Source: Eledone cirrhosa (lineage: Eukaryota). From it: a stretch of 64,000 nucleotides of DNA. Location of the stretch: assembly GCA_964016885.1 (NCBI GenBank), contig OZ024740.1:432388001-432452000 (forward strand), read 5' to 3'. How positions within the stretch are numbered: the stretch's first letter is position 1; each line of letters starts with the position of its first letter. Below, piece by piece: positions 10,923 to 22,400 of this stretch. Below the pieces are notes generated by a model, which was not told the DNA's origin, searched no databases, and worked only from the letters and a program-made list of their open reading frames with translations. Made by a program: the position numbers and the translations under genes.

Positions 10923-11168
10923 ACTATCTGGGTGGATAATAAACCTCGGGTACACACTGCCTCAGATTGTTAACTATCTGGGTGGATAATAAACCTCGGG
11001 TACACACTGTCTCAGATTGTTAACTATCTGGGTGGATAATAAACCTCGGGTACACACTGTCTCAGATTGTTAACTATCTGGGTGGATAATAAACCTCGGG
11101 TACACACTGTCTCAGATTGTTAACTATCTGGGTGGATAATAAACCTCGGGTACACACTGTCTCAGATT
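10923..11168 (+). repeat. 50-bp minisatellite, ~4.9 near-identical copies
   Basis: ACTATCTGGGTGGATAATAAACCTCGGGTACACACTGTCTCAGATTGTTA at 10923, 10973, 11023, 11073 and 11123. Confidence 0.98.
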
Positions 11169-11464
11169 AACAACTTTAAAGACGAATGGTTTGTAAAGTG
11201 GAGACAACATGGAATGGTTTTAGAAGTTGTCAATTTAGAGAAGTTGAGGCTTAGAATTGTCACTACCATGAATATACCAGCCAGAAAATACAACGAATAT
11301 ATACCATTATATATAGTGTGTGTGTGTGTGGTGGAAGGCCGAGAGAAAGGAGTACTCAATACTGAAGTAGAGTTTAATATTCATTTTATTAAGGCTAAAT
11401 AGTGAGTTTTGTGACTCTGGAGCTTCGCCTGTTTAGCACACGGTCATCAGGCAAGAACCCACAC

Positions 11465-11620
11465 TATAATATATATAATGTGTGTATAGTGTATATATAT
11501 ATATGTGTGTGTGTGTATATATACAGTGTGTGTGTATATATATAGTGTGTGTGTATATATATAGTGTGTGTGTATATATATATAGTGTGTATGTGTATAT
11601 AGTATACATATATATATTAG
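11465..11620. repeat. Compound (TA)/(TG) microsatellite
   Basis: Read directly. Confidence 0.95.
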
Positions 11621-11812
11621 ATATAGGAGGGACTATGTAAAAATGTCTCAATATGATTGTGATGAAAGGGGAAGAGAGGAATAAATTGAAGAGAAATGAC
11701 AACCAGAAGACATCTGAGAGGGAGAAAACCAACTGAATCTTTCTGAAGTTCTGGATCCATAACTAATGGAATATTTTCCTCTATTTACTACAGAGAAATA
11801 AACCAAACTTAC

Positions 11813-12170
11813 CTTAAAGCGTCACCAAGATTTCAATTAACAAATACACACAAAACACATGAGTATCAATGTAGTAGATAAATAGCAAAGCTACCCCAAA
11901 ATCTGATGGGTTAAACCTGACTTTCCCAGAGTAACTAAGTCCGTCTTTTTCCTTCCTTCCTCTCTTACTCTTTCTCTGTCTATCTGTCTCTTACTCCCTC
12001 TCTCTATCTGTCTGTCTCTCTTACTCCCTCTCTATCTGTCCGTCTTATTCGCTCTCTAGTATCAGTGTTACTCTTTCTCTCTCTTACTTCCTCTCTATAT
12101 CTTTGTCAGTCTCTCTTACTCCCTCTCTCTTGTATCAATATTACTCTCTCTCTTTCTCACAGCTTTCAGT
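11813..12170 (-). other. Candidate non-coding first exon (GA-rich 5' UTR) ending in a consensus donor
   Basis: Minus strand AAG|GTAAGT at 11813/11812, immediately downstream of the promoter-like patch. The 5' end is approximate. Confidence 0.4.
11945..12158 (+). repeat. CT-rich low-complexity tract with degenerate TCTCTTACTC subrepeats
   Basis: Read directly. Confidence 0.85.
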
Positions 12171-12300
12171 TCAACGCTGTGCCACGTACCGCTCACTTCC
12201 GCTACACATGCGTACTAGCTGCCACGTAGACAGGAAGTGTCTAGAATGTTGGGATGTAAAGTGTCGCGTGTACAATGAGGAGAGTGAGAGAAGAGAGAAA
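12165..12300. promoter_or_regulatory. CpG-rich promoter-like patch: two TGCCACGT (CREB3/ATF6/XBP1-type) and two ETS-type motifs
   Basis: TGCCACGTA at 12180 and 12220, CACTTCCG at 12194, CAGGAAGTG at 12231, Inr-like TCAGTT at 12166. CpG is locally dense in an otherwise CpG-poor region. Confidence 0.55.
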
Positions 12301-12487
12301 TAAGAAGGCGTGTACCATTCATTAGTTGCTTAGCTGCGCCTTTTTTACACCTTATACATTCGAACCAGAATTTTACAAGTTTTATTTAGATATTTTTTAA
12401 AATCGATAATGTTAGATTTATTGATAAAATATTATTTCTGTTTTATTTTCCTCAAATATATAAGCGTCATTTCTTCTCGGCATTAAA

Positions 12488-12656
12488 CCGTCTCCAACTG
12501 ATCCGACTGGATCTCCAAGTGAGACCAGCCAAAGCTCATGGATATTATCCAACCATCTTAATCGGAGTGGGTCTACCCCTGGGTCTCCTTGCCGGTTGGT
12601 TTTGCCCATAAAAACTGTCAATCGATTGTTTCATGAGACATCGTAACCACATGCCC
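12488..12656 (-). mobile_element. RTE-type LINE 3' fragment, third copy of the 5131/6302 family
   Basis: Minus strand gives GHVVTMSHETID*QFLWAKPTG...RLRWLDNIHEL... Confidence 0.82.
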
Positions 12657-13195
12657 ATTCTATTTAACCCATAAACCATTCTGTTTATAAATATTTAATT
12701 AAACGTCAATAAACTTCATATCTGCTTCTCATATTTCCCATTGAAATGAATATAAAATGTCTCTGATTATTCTCTCTATTTTATTATTTCAATACAGTGT
12801 TTTAATTTAATTTTATATTAAAATAGAAATATTTCTTTGTTAAAATATGTTTACTATTCTTATTTAATTATCATTATAATATATCTAAGCATATATATCA
12901 GCTATCGAAGTAAATAATAACGTACTCCTTGCTCCTGGCCTTTTTTCTTAAAAACTGCTTAAGTCAGCTGTTATCTGAAATTGCAACGTAATATCACCTG
13001 TGCAAATCTTGAGCTCTTTCTCTTCATTAAAGGATATTTTCTCACAACTAAACACTGTCTATGAAAATCAATATTTCTTAAGTAATATACCACAGCGATA
13101 TAACGGCCCGATTTCGATTCCTGGTTGTAGCCCTGCCCCAGATGAACACACACCACCGGCTTTTGATAGATTTAAGGACTTCTCATGACGTAAAC

Positions 13196-13197
13196 AC

Positions 13198-13229
<32 letters not shown>

Positions 13230-13268
13230 ACATATATATATATATATATATAGATACATATATTTGTG

Positions 13269-13343
<75 letters not shown>

Positions 13344-13701
13344 ACATGGTGGCTGCCAACTCGTTTTCGAGTACGGCCACTACTTTATATCCATGTAGGA
13401 GAACCCCTACCGATGCGCTGAACGAGTGTGACTTTTTAGTCTAGCCAGCGACTTGAAAACTCTGGTACAAACACTACACTTGTGACAATTATTGACACAT
13501 AGTGCTGGGCCCATGGTACCATGTGACGACAAGTGCAGAGAGATCTCCAGATATAAAGTAATGCCTGTGCCGTGAAGCTTTTATAGTGAGCAAAGGCACT
13601 GCACAAAGCCAGTCCCACTCTCTTAACCAAGATGATATTTACCAAAAAGAAGAACAATATGTGTACATATATATATATATACATACATACATATATTTGT
13701 G

Positions 13702-13741
<40 letters not shown>

Positions 13742-13785
13742 TGTGTGTATGTATATATATATATATATACATACACACACACGCA
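13196..13785. repeat. Duplicated compound microsatellite blocks flanking a ~310-bp unique insert (13349-13658)
   Basis: GTGTACAT(AT)n..ATACATATATTTGTGTGTGTGCAT(AT)n occurs at ~13225 and ~13660. TGTGTACAT lies on both sides of the insert. Confidence 0.8.
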
Positions 13786-14035
13786 TTAGTAGAAACTCCT
13801 TTGTATTAACAAACCTTTCTTGTTAGTATAATCAACTGACACGTGTGTTCGGTATTATGTTTACTTTTAATATTTATAATGTAAATCAATATTTATATAA
13901 ATAAGGAAAAATGAAATTTTAATTTTTTGTTAATAAAATTGGTACAAACTCTATAAATTGACGAGGTTCAATTGAAGACTAATCAATAATTGAACTCGTT
14001 AACAGCTGTCTATTTTTTCTTTTCTTTTTATTCTT

Positions 14036-14346
14036 TGTTCGATCTTCACTTCTTTAAAGGTTCATTGTGCATTAGTCTTTAGCCGCATTAGATAGAAAGA
14101 TGTAGTGGAAGACTTGGTCAGTAATTGGGGTTGAAAGGAAGCACCACGATCGAGGAGAAGGACTTAGTGAATAGGTCAACAGTCTGTTGATGGGTGGTTG
14201 AGGAGCCAGAGCTCGCATTTGGAACTGTTGATGTGAAGGCCCCTACGACCTAGTTCCTCAATCGTCTTCGCGGTTGCAAGGACCTTGTCTGGAGTCCCCG
14301 TGTTCGATCTTTACCTTTTTTAAAGGTTCATTACACATTAGTCTTT
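14036..14346 (-). mobile_element. Internal non-LTR RT fragment (CRE/NeSL-like motif) framed by ~45-bp direct repeats
   Basis: Minus strand 14298-14179 gives GTPDKVLATAKTIEELGRRGLHINSSKCELWLL (GL.IN.SKCEL, the RT motif after YxDD). Direct repeats TGTTCGATCTT..C.T.TTTAAAGGTTCATT...CATTAGTCTTT at 14036-14080 and 14301-14346. Confidence 0.65.
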
Positions 14347-15218
14347 TATGTTGGGGTTAACAAAATATCTAATAGTAAGTGAAGATCACACTAACACCAA
14401 ACGAATTCGATACAGTTCTTGGAGGAAATATTTTAGCTAACCAACATAGAAAACACTTTATAAATAAAACATTTTCTAAAATAATTATTTCAATGATTTT
14501 CCCTTCTTTTCCATTCAGTTGTTTTCTTTTCGTTATCCTTCTTATTAGACGATATGTTGTCTTTTATTGTATATTTTTGTCTATTATATTTATAAGGTTC
14601 CATAAATTCTATTTTTATGTGAAACATCGTAATTATATTTTTTCTTTCGTTATGAATTTATATTTTATTGTGGAATATTTATGTAATTAAGTGTTGCATG
14701 TTTATGTATATATTATTTGTGCATATATTTTCATTTTGTAAGAATTATAAACATTTTGTAAAGTTATTTATACAACTGTAAATAAAATATTAAACAAGTA
14801 TATTAAAATATGGTAGAATGCAAGATTGTATGAAATATTGTATTGTAATCTTGGCTTCATAGGAGGTACCATTCACTAGCTACAATGTTATTTAATGATT
14901 AGAGAGAGCTTTCCTGTGTGGAAGGAATGGTAAATCTCAGAGATTCGACTGAATTGATTTATTGTATTATTATGCCGAGTTGAAAATGAGTGGAAGTAAA
15001 AAAGTTCAACACGTAGTCATTTCCTGAGGTCCCCCACATTTATTTTGTCGCGGAATCTTTAAACGATTCAGACAATTCTACCACCTTAATTTTAATTAGA
15101 TATTAAATAAAACAAATATAGTTTTATATAGAGAATTTATTCGTACAGAAACAAAAAAATTGTATTTTAATTCAATTGTATTAAAAAAAACATCTCGTCA
15201 TACCGAACGCATTTTGGT

Positions 15219-15400
15219 AAACACTGCTCTAAACGATCGCTCGACCTGCTAGAAATAGTAGCCACATGTCTCGGATCATACCTACCGTCTTAAAAAGAGA
15301 CGAATACATTGGTTAAATTAATCTGAAATATATAAAAAGGAGGAATGGTTACAGCTGGAATGTTTTTCATATGCTCGACCAGGACTTAAACAATAACAAC
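15219..15400 (+). repeat. Dispersed repeat (CGATCGCTCGACCTGCTAGAAATAG family) with CAA-rich end
   Basis: Shares its core with ~5474 and ends AAACAATAACAAC. Confidence 0.55.
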
Positions 15401-15411
15401 AAACTGAGATT

Positions 15412-15615
15412 AGTTATGGTCTAGTGGTAAAGGTGTTGGATTTACGATCATAATGTCGTATGTTGCTCCAGTATACTCAGCTGAAAATTAGTACCAGCAA
15501 TAACTGGGGTTTAATCCTGTGATGGACTGGTGTCCAGTCCAGTGGGGAGTCTTGTACTCTCAGTCACTTAACACCACAGAAACTGGGACAAACACCGTCC
15601 TGGTGAGCCTTGAGA
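15412..15615 (+). mobile_element. Decayed tRNA-derived SINE
   Basis: A-box-like TGGTCTAGTGG head, then ACTCAGCTG.AAAT.AGTACC and CTGTGATGGACTGG.GTCC.GTCCAG...ACAGAAACTGGGA body typical of invertebrate SINE2 elements (recall). Confidence 0.55.
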
Positions 15616-16101
15616 CAGGTGTTGGTGTGCTGGGGAGGGGACTTCAGAACATTCTAGGTGAGCACTCTTTCACAAGGAAAGTATTTCAGGTCGTGCGCCA
15701 GTAAAAAATGTGCGACGGGAGCAGTTTTAACTTTCCCCCCACTCCTTTGGTAACGGGCTGGAGTAGACACATCCAACTCATTTCAGTAGGAAATCATTTT
15801 TTCCTTTATTCCTTTTTTTTTTCGTGTGCTATTAATTAAAGTCATCTCCTGATATGGACCCAAGGACTTTTTTCTCGGAAAAGGGAGGAACCCTCGAGCT
15901 TTTCACACCCACCCCCTCCGAACAAGTTTTCTTTACCATTTCATTTTCTCTTGGTTTTTCCTGCGGTACCATTTAATATTACATACCAATAACCTGCAAA
16001 GGACTTTTATCCCTGGAAAACGGAGGGGTGGGTCACTCTCGGACTTTTCAGCCCCACCTTACCATGATAACAATGATGTTTGGGGTGTTATGTTGAAGTT
16101 C

Positions 16102-16244
16102 TTTATAGGTCCTTATATTTCAAAACATTAATAGAAAAAGCTAGTTTGTGTATTTTGTCTCACATTTAAGCTGCCATATTTCAAAACATGGCAGCTTAAA
16201 AGCGACAAGAATGATACAGAACTATTTTCTTAAGGACTTATAAA
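16102..16244. repeat. ~140-bp imperfect palindrome (foldback/MITE-like)
   Basis: Perfect core TTTAAGCTGCCAT/ATGGCAGCTTAAA (16165-16177, 16188-16200). Outer arms TTTATAGGTCCTTA vs TAAGGACTTATAAA, and TAGTTTGTGTAT vs ATACAGAACTA. Confidence 0.8.
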
Positions 16245-16430
16245 CGGAGCCAGAATTAGAGCTTAAGGGGCCCAGGACACTTCAGATTTGGTGGGGCCTC
16301 ACACACAAAAATTAGAAGACACGGCAAAGCCCCAATTTTACATGTCAAAGTCAGCTTGTCCCAAGTAATTGAAATTGAAAAGTTATACATACGGGTATTA
16401 AATTCAAAAATCTAACCAACCTCATTTTTT

Positions 16431-19400
16431 TGTCCACTTTCCCACTGGCATGGGTTGGACATGTTGTCACGTTCCAAGACTACACATTCCACACTGGCAT
16501 GGGTTGGACAGGTTGTCACATTCCAAGACTACACATTCCCCACTGGCATGGGTTGGACAGGTTGTCACATTCCAAGGCCACACTTTCCCCACTGGCATGG
16601 GTTGGACAGGTTGTCACATTCCAAGACAACACTTTCCCCACTGGCATGGGTTGGACAGGTTGTCACATTCCAAGACCACACTTTCCCCACTGGCATGGGT
16701 TGGACAGGTTGTCACATTCCAAGACCACACTTTCCCCACTGGCATGGGTTGGACAGGTTGTCACATTCCAAGATCACACTTTCCCCACTGGCATGGGTTG
16801 GAGAGGTTGTTACATTCCAAGACCACACTTTCCCCACTGGCATAGGATGGACAGGTTGTCACATTCCAAGACAACACTTTCCCCACTGGCATGGGTCGGT
16901 CAGGTTGTCACATTCCAAGACCAGACGTTCCCCATTGGCATGGGTTGGACAGGTTGTCACATTCCAAGACCAGACTTTCCACACTGGCATGGGTTGGACA
17001 GGTTGTCACATTCCAAGACCACACTTTCCCCACTGGCATGGGTTGGACAAGTTGTCACATTCCAAAACCAGACTTTCCCCACTGGCATGGGTTGGAGAGG
17101 TTGTCACATGCCAAGACCACACTTTCCCCACTGGCAAGGGTTGGACAGGTTGTCACATTCCAAGACCACACTTTCCCCACTGGCATGGGTTGGACAGGTT
17201 GTCACATTCCAAGACCACACTTTCCCCACTGGCATGGGTTGGACAGGTTGTCACATTCCAAGACCACACTTTCCCCATTGGCATGGGTTTGACAGGTTGT
17301 CACATTCCAAGACCACACTTTCCCCACTGGCATGGGATGGACAGGTTGTCACATTCCAAGACCACACTTTCCCCACTGGCATGGGGTGGACAGGTTGTCA
17401 CATTCCAAGACAACACTTTCCCCACTGGCATGGGATGGACAGGTTGTCACATTCCAAGACCACACTTTCCCTACTGGCACGGGATGGACAGGTTGTCACG
17501 TTCCAAGAGCAGACTTTCCCCACTGGCATGCCTTGGACAGGTTGTCACATTCCAAGACCACACTTTCCCCACTGGCATGGGTTGGACAGGTTGTCACATT
17601 CCAAGACCACACTTTCCCCACTGCCATGGGTTGGACAGGTTGTCACATTCCAAGACCACACTTTCCCCACTGGCATGGGTTGGACAGGTTGTCACATTCC
17701 AAGACCACACTTTCCCCACTGCCATGGGTTGGACAGGTTGTCACATTCCAAGACCACACTTTCGCCACTGGCTTCGGATGGACAGGTTGTCACATTCCAA
17801 GACCACACTTTCCCCACTGGCATGGGTTGGAGAGGTTGTCACATTCCAACACCACACTTTCCCCACTGGCATGGGTTGGACAGGTTGTCATATTCCAAGA
17901 CCAGACTTTCCCCACTGGCATGGGTTGGACAAGTTGTCACATTCCAAGACCAGATTTTCCCCACTGGCATGGGTTGGACAGGTTGTCACATTCCAAGACC
18001 ACACTTTCCCCACTGGCATGGGTTGGAGAGGTTGTCACATTCCAACACCACACTTTCCCCACTGGCATGGGTTGGACAGGTTGTCATATTCCAAGACCAG
18101 ACTTTCCCCACTGGCATGGGTTGGACAAGTTGTCACATTCCAAGACCAGATTTTCCCCACTGGCATGGGTTGGACAGGTTGTCACTTTCCAAGACCATAC
18201 TTTCCCCACTGGCATGGGTTGGACAGGTTGTCATATTACAAGACTAGACTTTCCCCACTGGCATGGGTTGGACAGGTTGTCACATTCCAAGACCAGACTT
18301 TCCGCATTGGCATAGGTTGGACAGGTTGTCACATTCCAAAACCAGACTTTCCCCACTGGCATGGGTTGCAGAGGTTGTCACATGCCAAGACCACACTTTC
18401 CCCACTGGCATGGGTTGGACAGGTTGTCACATTCCAAGAAAACACTTTCCCCACTGGCATGGGTTGGACAGGTTGTCACATTCCAAGACCACACTTTCCC
18501 CACTGGCATGGGTTGGACAGGTTGTCACATTCCAAGACCACACTTTCTCCACTGGCATGGGTTGGACAGGTTGTCACATTCCAAGACCACACTTTCGCCA
18601 CTGGCATGGGGTGGACAGGTTGTCACATTCCAAGACAACACTTTCCCCACTGGCATGGGATGGACAGGTTGTCACATTCCAAGACCACACTTTCCCTACT
18701 GGCATGGGATGGACAGGTTGTCACGTTCCAAGAGCAGACTTTCCCCACTGGCATGCCTTGGACAGGTTGTCACATTCCAAGACCACACTTTCCCCACTGG
18801 CATGGGTTGGACAGGTTGTCACATTCCAAGACCACACTTTCCCCACTGCCATGGGTTGGACAGGTTGTCACATTCCAAGACCATACTTTCGCCACTGGCT
18901 TCGGATGGACAGGTTGTCACATTCCAAGACCACACTTTCCCCACTGGCATGGGTTGGAGAGGTTGTCACATTCCAACACCACACTTTCCCCACTGGCATG
19001 GGTTGGACAGGTTGTCATATTCCAAGACCAGACTTTCCCCACTGGCATGGGTTGGACAAGTTGTCACATTCCAAGACCAGATTTTCCCCACTGGCATGGG
19101 TTGGACAGGTTGTCACATTCCAAGACCACACTTTCCCCACTGGCATGGGTTGGAGAGGTTGTCACATTCCAACACCACACTTTCCCCACTGGCATGGGTT
19201 GGACAGGTTGTCATATTCCAAGACCAGACTTTCCCCACTGGCATGGGTTGGACAAGTTGTCACATTCCAAGACCAGATTTTCCCCACTGGCATGGGTTGG
19301 ACAGGTTGTCACTTTCCAAGACCATACTTTCCCCACTGGCATGGGTTGGACAGGTTGTCATATTACAAGACTAGACTTTCCCCACTGGCATGGGTTGGAC

Positions 19401-22400
19401 AGGTTGTCACATTCCAAGACCAGACTTTCCGCATTGGCATAGGTTGGACAGGTTGTCACATTCCAAAACCAGACTTTCCCCACTGGCATGGGTTGCAGAG
19501 GTTGTCACATGCCAAGACCACACTTTCCCCACTGGCATGGGTTGGACAGGTTGTCACATTCCAAGACCACACTTTCCCCACTGGCATGGGTTGGACAGGT
19601 TGTCACATTCCAAGACCACACTTTCTCCACTGGCATGGGTTGGACAGGTTGTCACATTCCAAGACCACACTTTCGCCACTGGCTTCGGATGGACAGGTTG
19701 TCACATTCCAAGACCAGACTTTCCCCCATTGGCATGGGCTGGACAGGTTGTCACATTCCAAGAAAACACTTTCCCCACTGGCATGGGTTGGACAGGTTGT
19801 CACATTCCAAGACCACACTTTCTCCACTGGCATGGGTTGGACAGGTTGTCACATTCCAAGACCACACTTTCTCCACTGGCATGGGTTGGACAGGTTGTCA
19901 CATTCCAAGACCACACTTTCCCCACTGGCATGGGTTGGAGAGGTTGTCACATTCCAACACCACACATTCCCCACTGGCATGGGTTGGACAGGTTGTCATA
20001 TTCCAAGACCAGACTTTCCCCACTGGCATGGGTTGGACAAGTTGTCACATTCCAAGACCAGATTTTCCCCACTGGCATGGGTTGGACAGGTTGTCACATT
20101 CCAAGACCACACTTTCCCCACTGGCATGGGTTGGACAGGTTGTCACATTCCAAGACAACACTTTCCCCACTGGCATGGGTTGCACAGGTTGTCACATACC
20201 AACACCACACTTTCCCCACTGGCATGGGTTGGACAGGTTGTCGCATACCAACACCACACTTTCCCCACTGGTATGGGTTGGACAGGTTGTCACATTCCAA
20301 GACCATACTTTCCCCACTGGCATGGGTTGGAGAGGTTGTCACATTCCAACACCACACTTTCCCCACTGGCATGGATTGGACAGGTTGTCATATTCCAAGA
20401 CCACACTTTCCCCACTGGCATGGGTTGGACAGGTTGTCACATGCCAAGACAACACTTTCCCCACTGGCATGGGTTGGACAGGTTGTCACATTCCAAGACC
20501 ACACTTTCCCCACTGGCATAGGATGGACAGGTTGTCACATTCCAAGACCACACTTTCCCCACTGGCATGGATTGGATAGGTTGTCAGTTCCAAGAGCAGA
20601 CTTTCCCCACTGGCATGCCTTGGACAGGTTGTCACATTCCAAGACCACACTTTCCCCACTGGCATGGGTTGGACAGGTTGTCACATTCCAAGACCACACT
20701 TTCCCCACTGGCATGGGTTGGACAGGTTGTCACATTCCAAGACCACACTTTCCCCACTGGCATGGGTTGGACAGGTTGTCACATTCCAAGACCACACTTT
20801 CCCCACTGGCATGGGTTGGACAGGTTGTCACATTCCAAGACCACACTTTCCCCACTGGCATGGGTTGGACAGGTTGTCACATTCCAAGACCACACTTTCG
20901 CCACTGGCTTCGGATGGACAGGTTGTCACATTCCAAGACCAGACTTTACCCCATTGGCATGGGTTGGAGAGGTTGTCACATTCCAACACCACACTTTCCC
21001 CACTGGCATGGGTTGGACAGGTTGTCATATTCCAAGACCAGACTTTCCCCACTGGCATGGGTTGGACAAGTTGTCACATTCCAAGACCAGATTTTCCCCA
21101 CTGGCATGGGTTGGACAGGTTGTCACTTTCCAAGACCAGACTTTCTCCACTGGCATGGGTTGGACAGGTTGTCATATTCCAAGACCATACTTTCCCCACT
21201 GGCATGGGTTGGACAGGTTGTCATGTTACAAGACTAGACTTTCCCCACTGGCATGGGTTTGACAGGTTGTCACATTCCAAGACCAGACTTTCCGCATTGG
21301 CATAGGTTGGACAGGTTGTCACATTCCAAAACCAGACTTTCCCCACTGGCATGGGTTGCAGAGGTTGTCACATGCCAAGACCACACTTTCCCCACTGGCA
21401 TGGGTCGGTCAGGTTGTCACATTCCAAGACCACTCTTTCCCCACTGACATGGGTTGGACAGGTTGTCACATTTCAAGATCACACTTTCCCCACTGGCATG
21501 GGTCCGTCAGGTTGTCACATTCCAAGACCAGACTTTCCATACTGGCATGGGTTGGACAGGTTCTCACAATCCAAGATCACACTTTCCCCACTGGCATGGG
21601 CTGGAGAGGTTGTCACATTCCAAGACCACACTTTCCCCACTGGCATAGGTTGGACAGGTTGTCACATTCCAAGACCCCACTTTCCCCACTGGCATGATTT
21701 GGAGAGGTTGTCACATTCCAAGACCAGACTTTCCTCACTGGCATGGGTTGGACAGGTTGTCACATTTTAAGATCACACTTTCCTTACTGGCATTGGATGG
21801 ACAGTTGTCACATTCCAAGACCACACTTTCCCCACTAGCTTGGGTTGGATAGGTTGTCACATTCCAAGACCACAGTTTACACACTGACATGGGTTGGATA
21901 GGTTGTCACATTCCAACACCACACTTTCCCCACTGGCATGGGTTGGACAGGTTGTCACAGTCCAAGACCAGACTTTCCCCACTGGCAGGGGTTGGAAAGG
22001 TTGTCACTTTCCAAGACCAGACTTTCCCCACTGGCATGGGTTGGAGAGGTTGTCACATTCCAAGATCACACTTTCCCCACTGGCATGGGTTGGAGAGGTT
22101 GTCACATTCCAAGATCACACTTTCCCCACTAGCATGGGTTGGAGAGGTTGTCACATTCCAAGACCACACTTTCCCCACTGGCATGGGTCCGTCAGGTTGT
22201 CACATTCCAAGACGAGACTTTCTCCAGTGGCATGGGTTGGACATGTTGTCATATTCCAAGACCAGACTTTCCCCACTGGCATGGGTTGGAGAGGTTGTCC
22301 CATTCCAACACCACACTTTCCCCACTGGAATGGGTTGGACAGGTTGTCACATTCCAATACCACACTTTCCCCACTGGCGTCGGTTGGACAGGTTGTCACA

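Noticed and set aside
13105-13195. tRNA gene suggested by B-box-like TTCGATTCC
   Set aside because: No A box or cloverleaf. At most a SINE remnant.
7920-13525. Recurrent CATGGTAC/GGTACCATG words echoing the 30-bp unit
   Set aside because: Only 8-9-bp matches with no extended similarity.
9435-13826. Ile/Tyr/His/Thr-rich ORFs
   Set aside because: Translations of (TA)n/(CA)n microsatellites.
14379-14690. 103-aa hydrophobic ORF
   Set aside because: F/I/Y-rich translation of T-rich low-complexity DNA with a non-ATG start and no recognisable motif.
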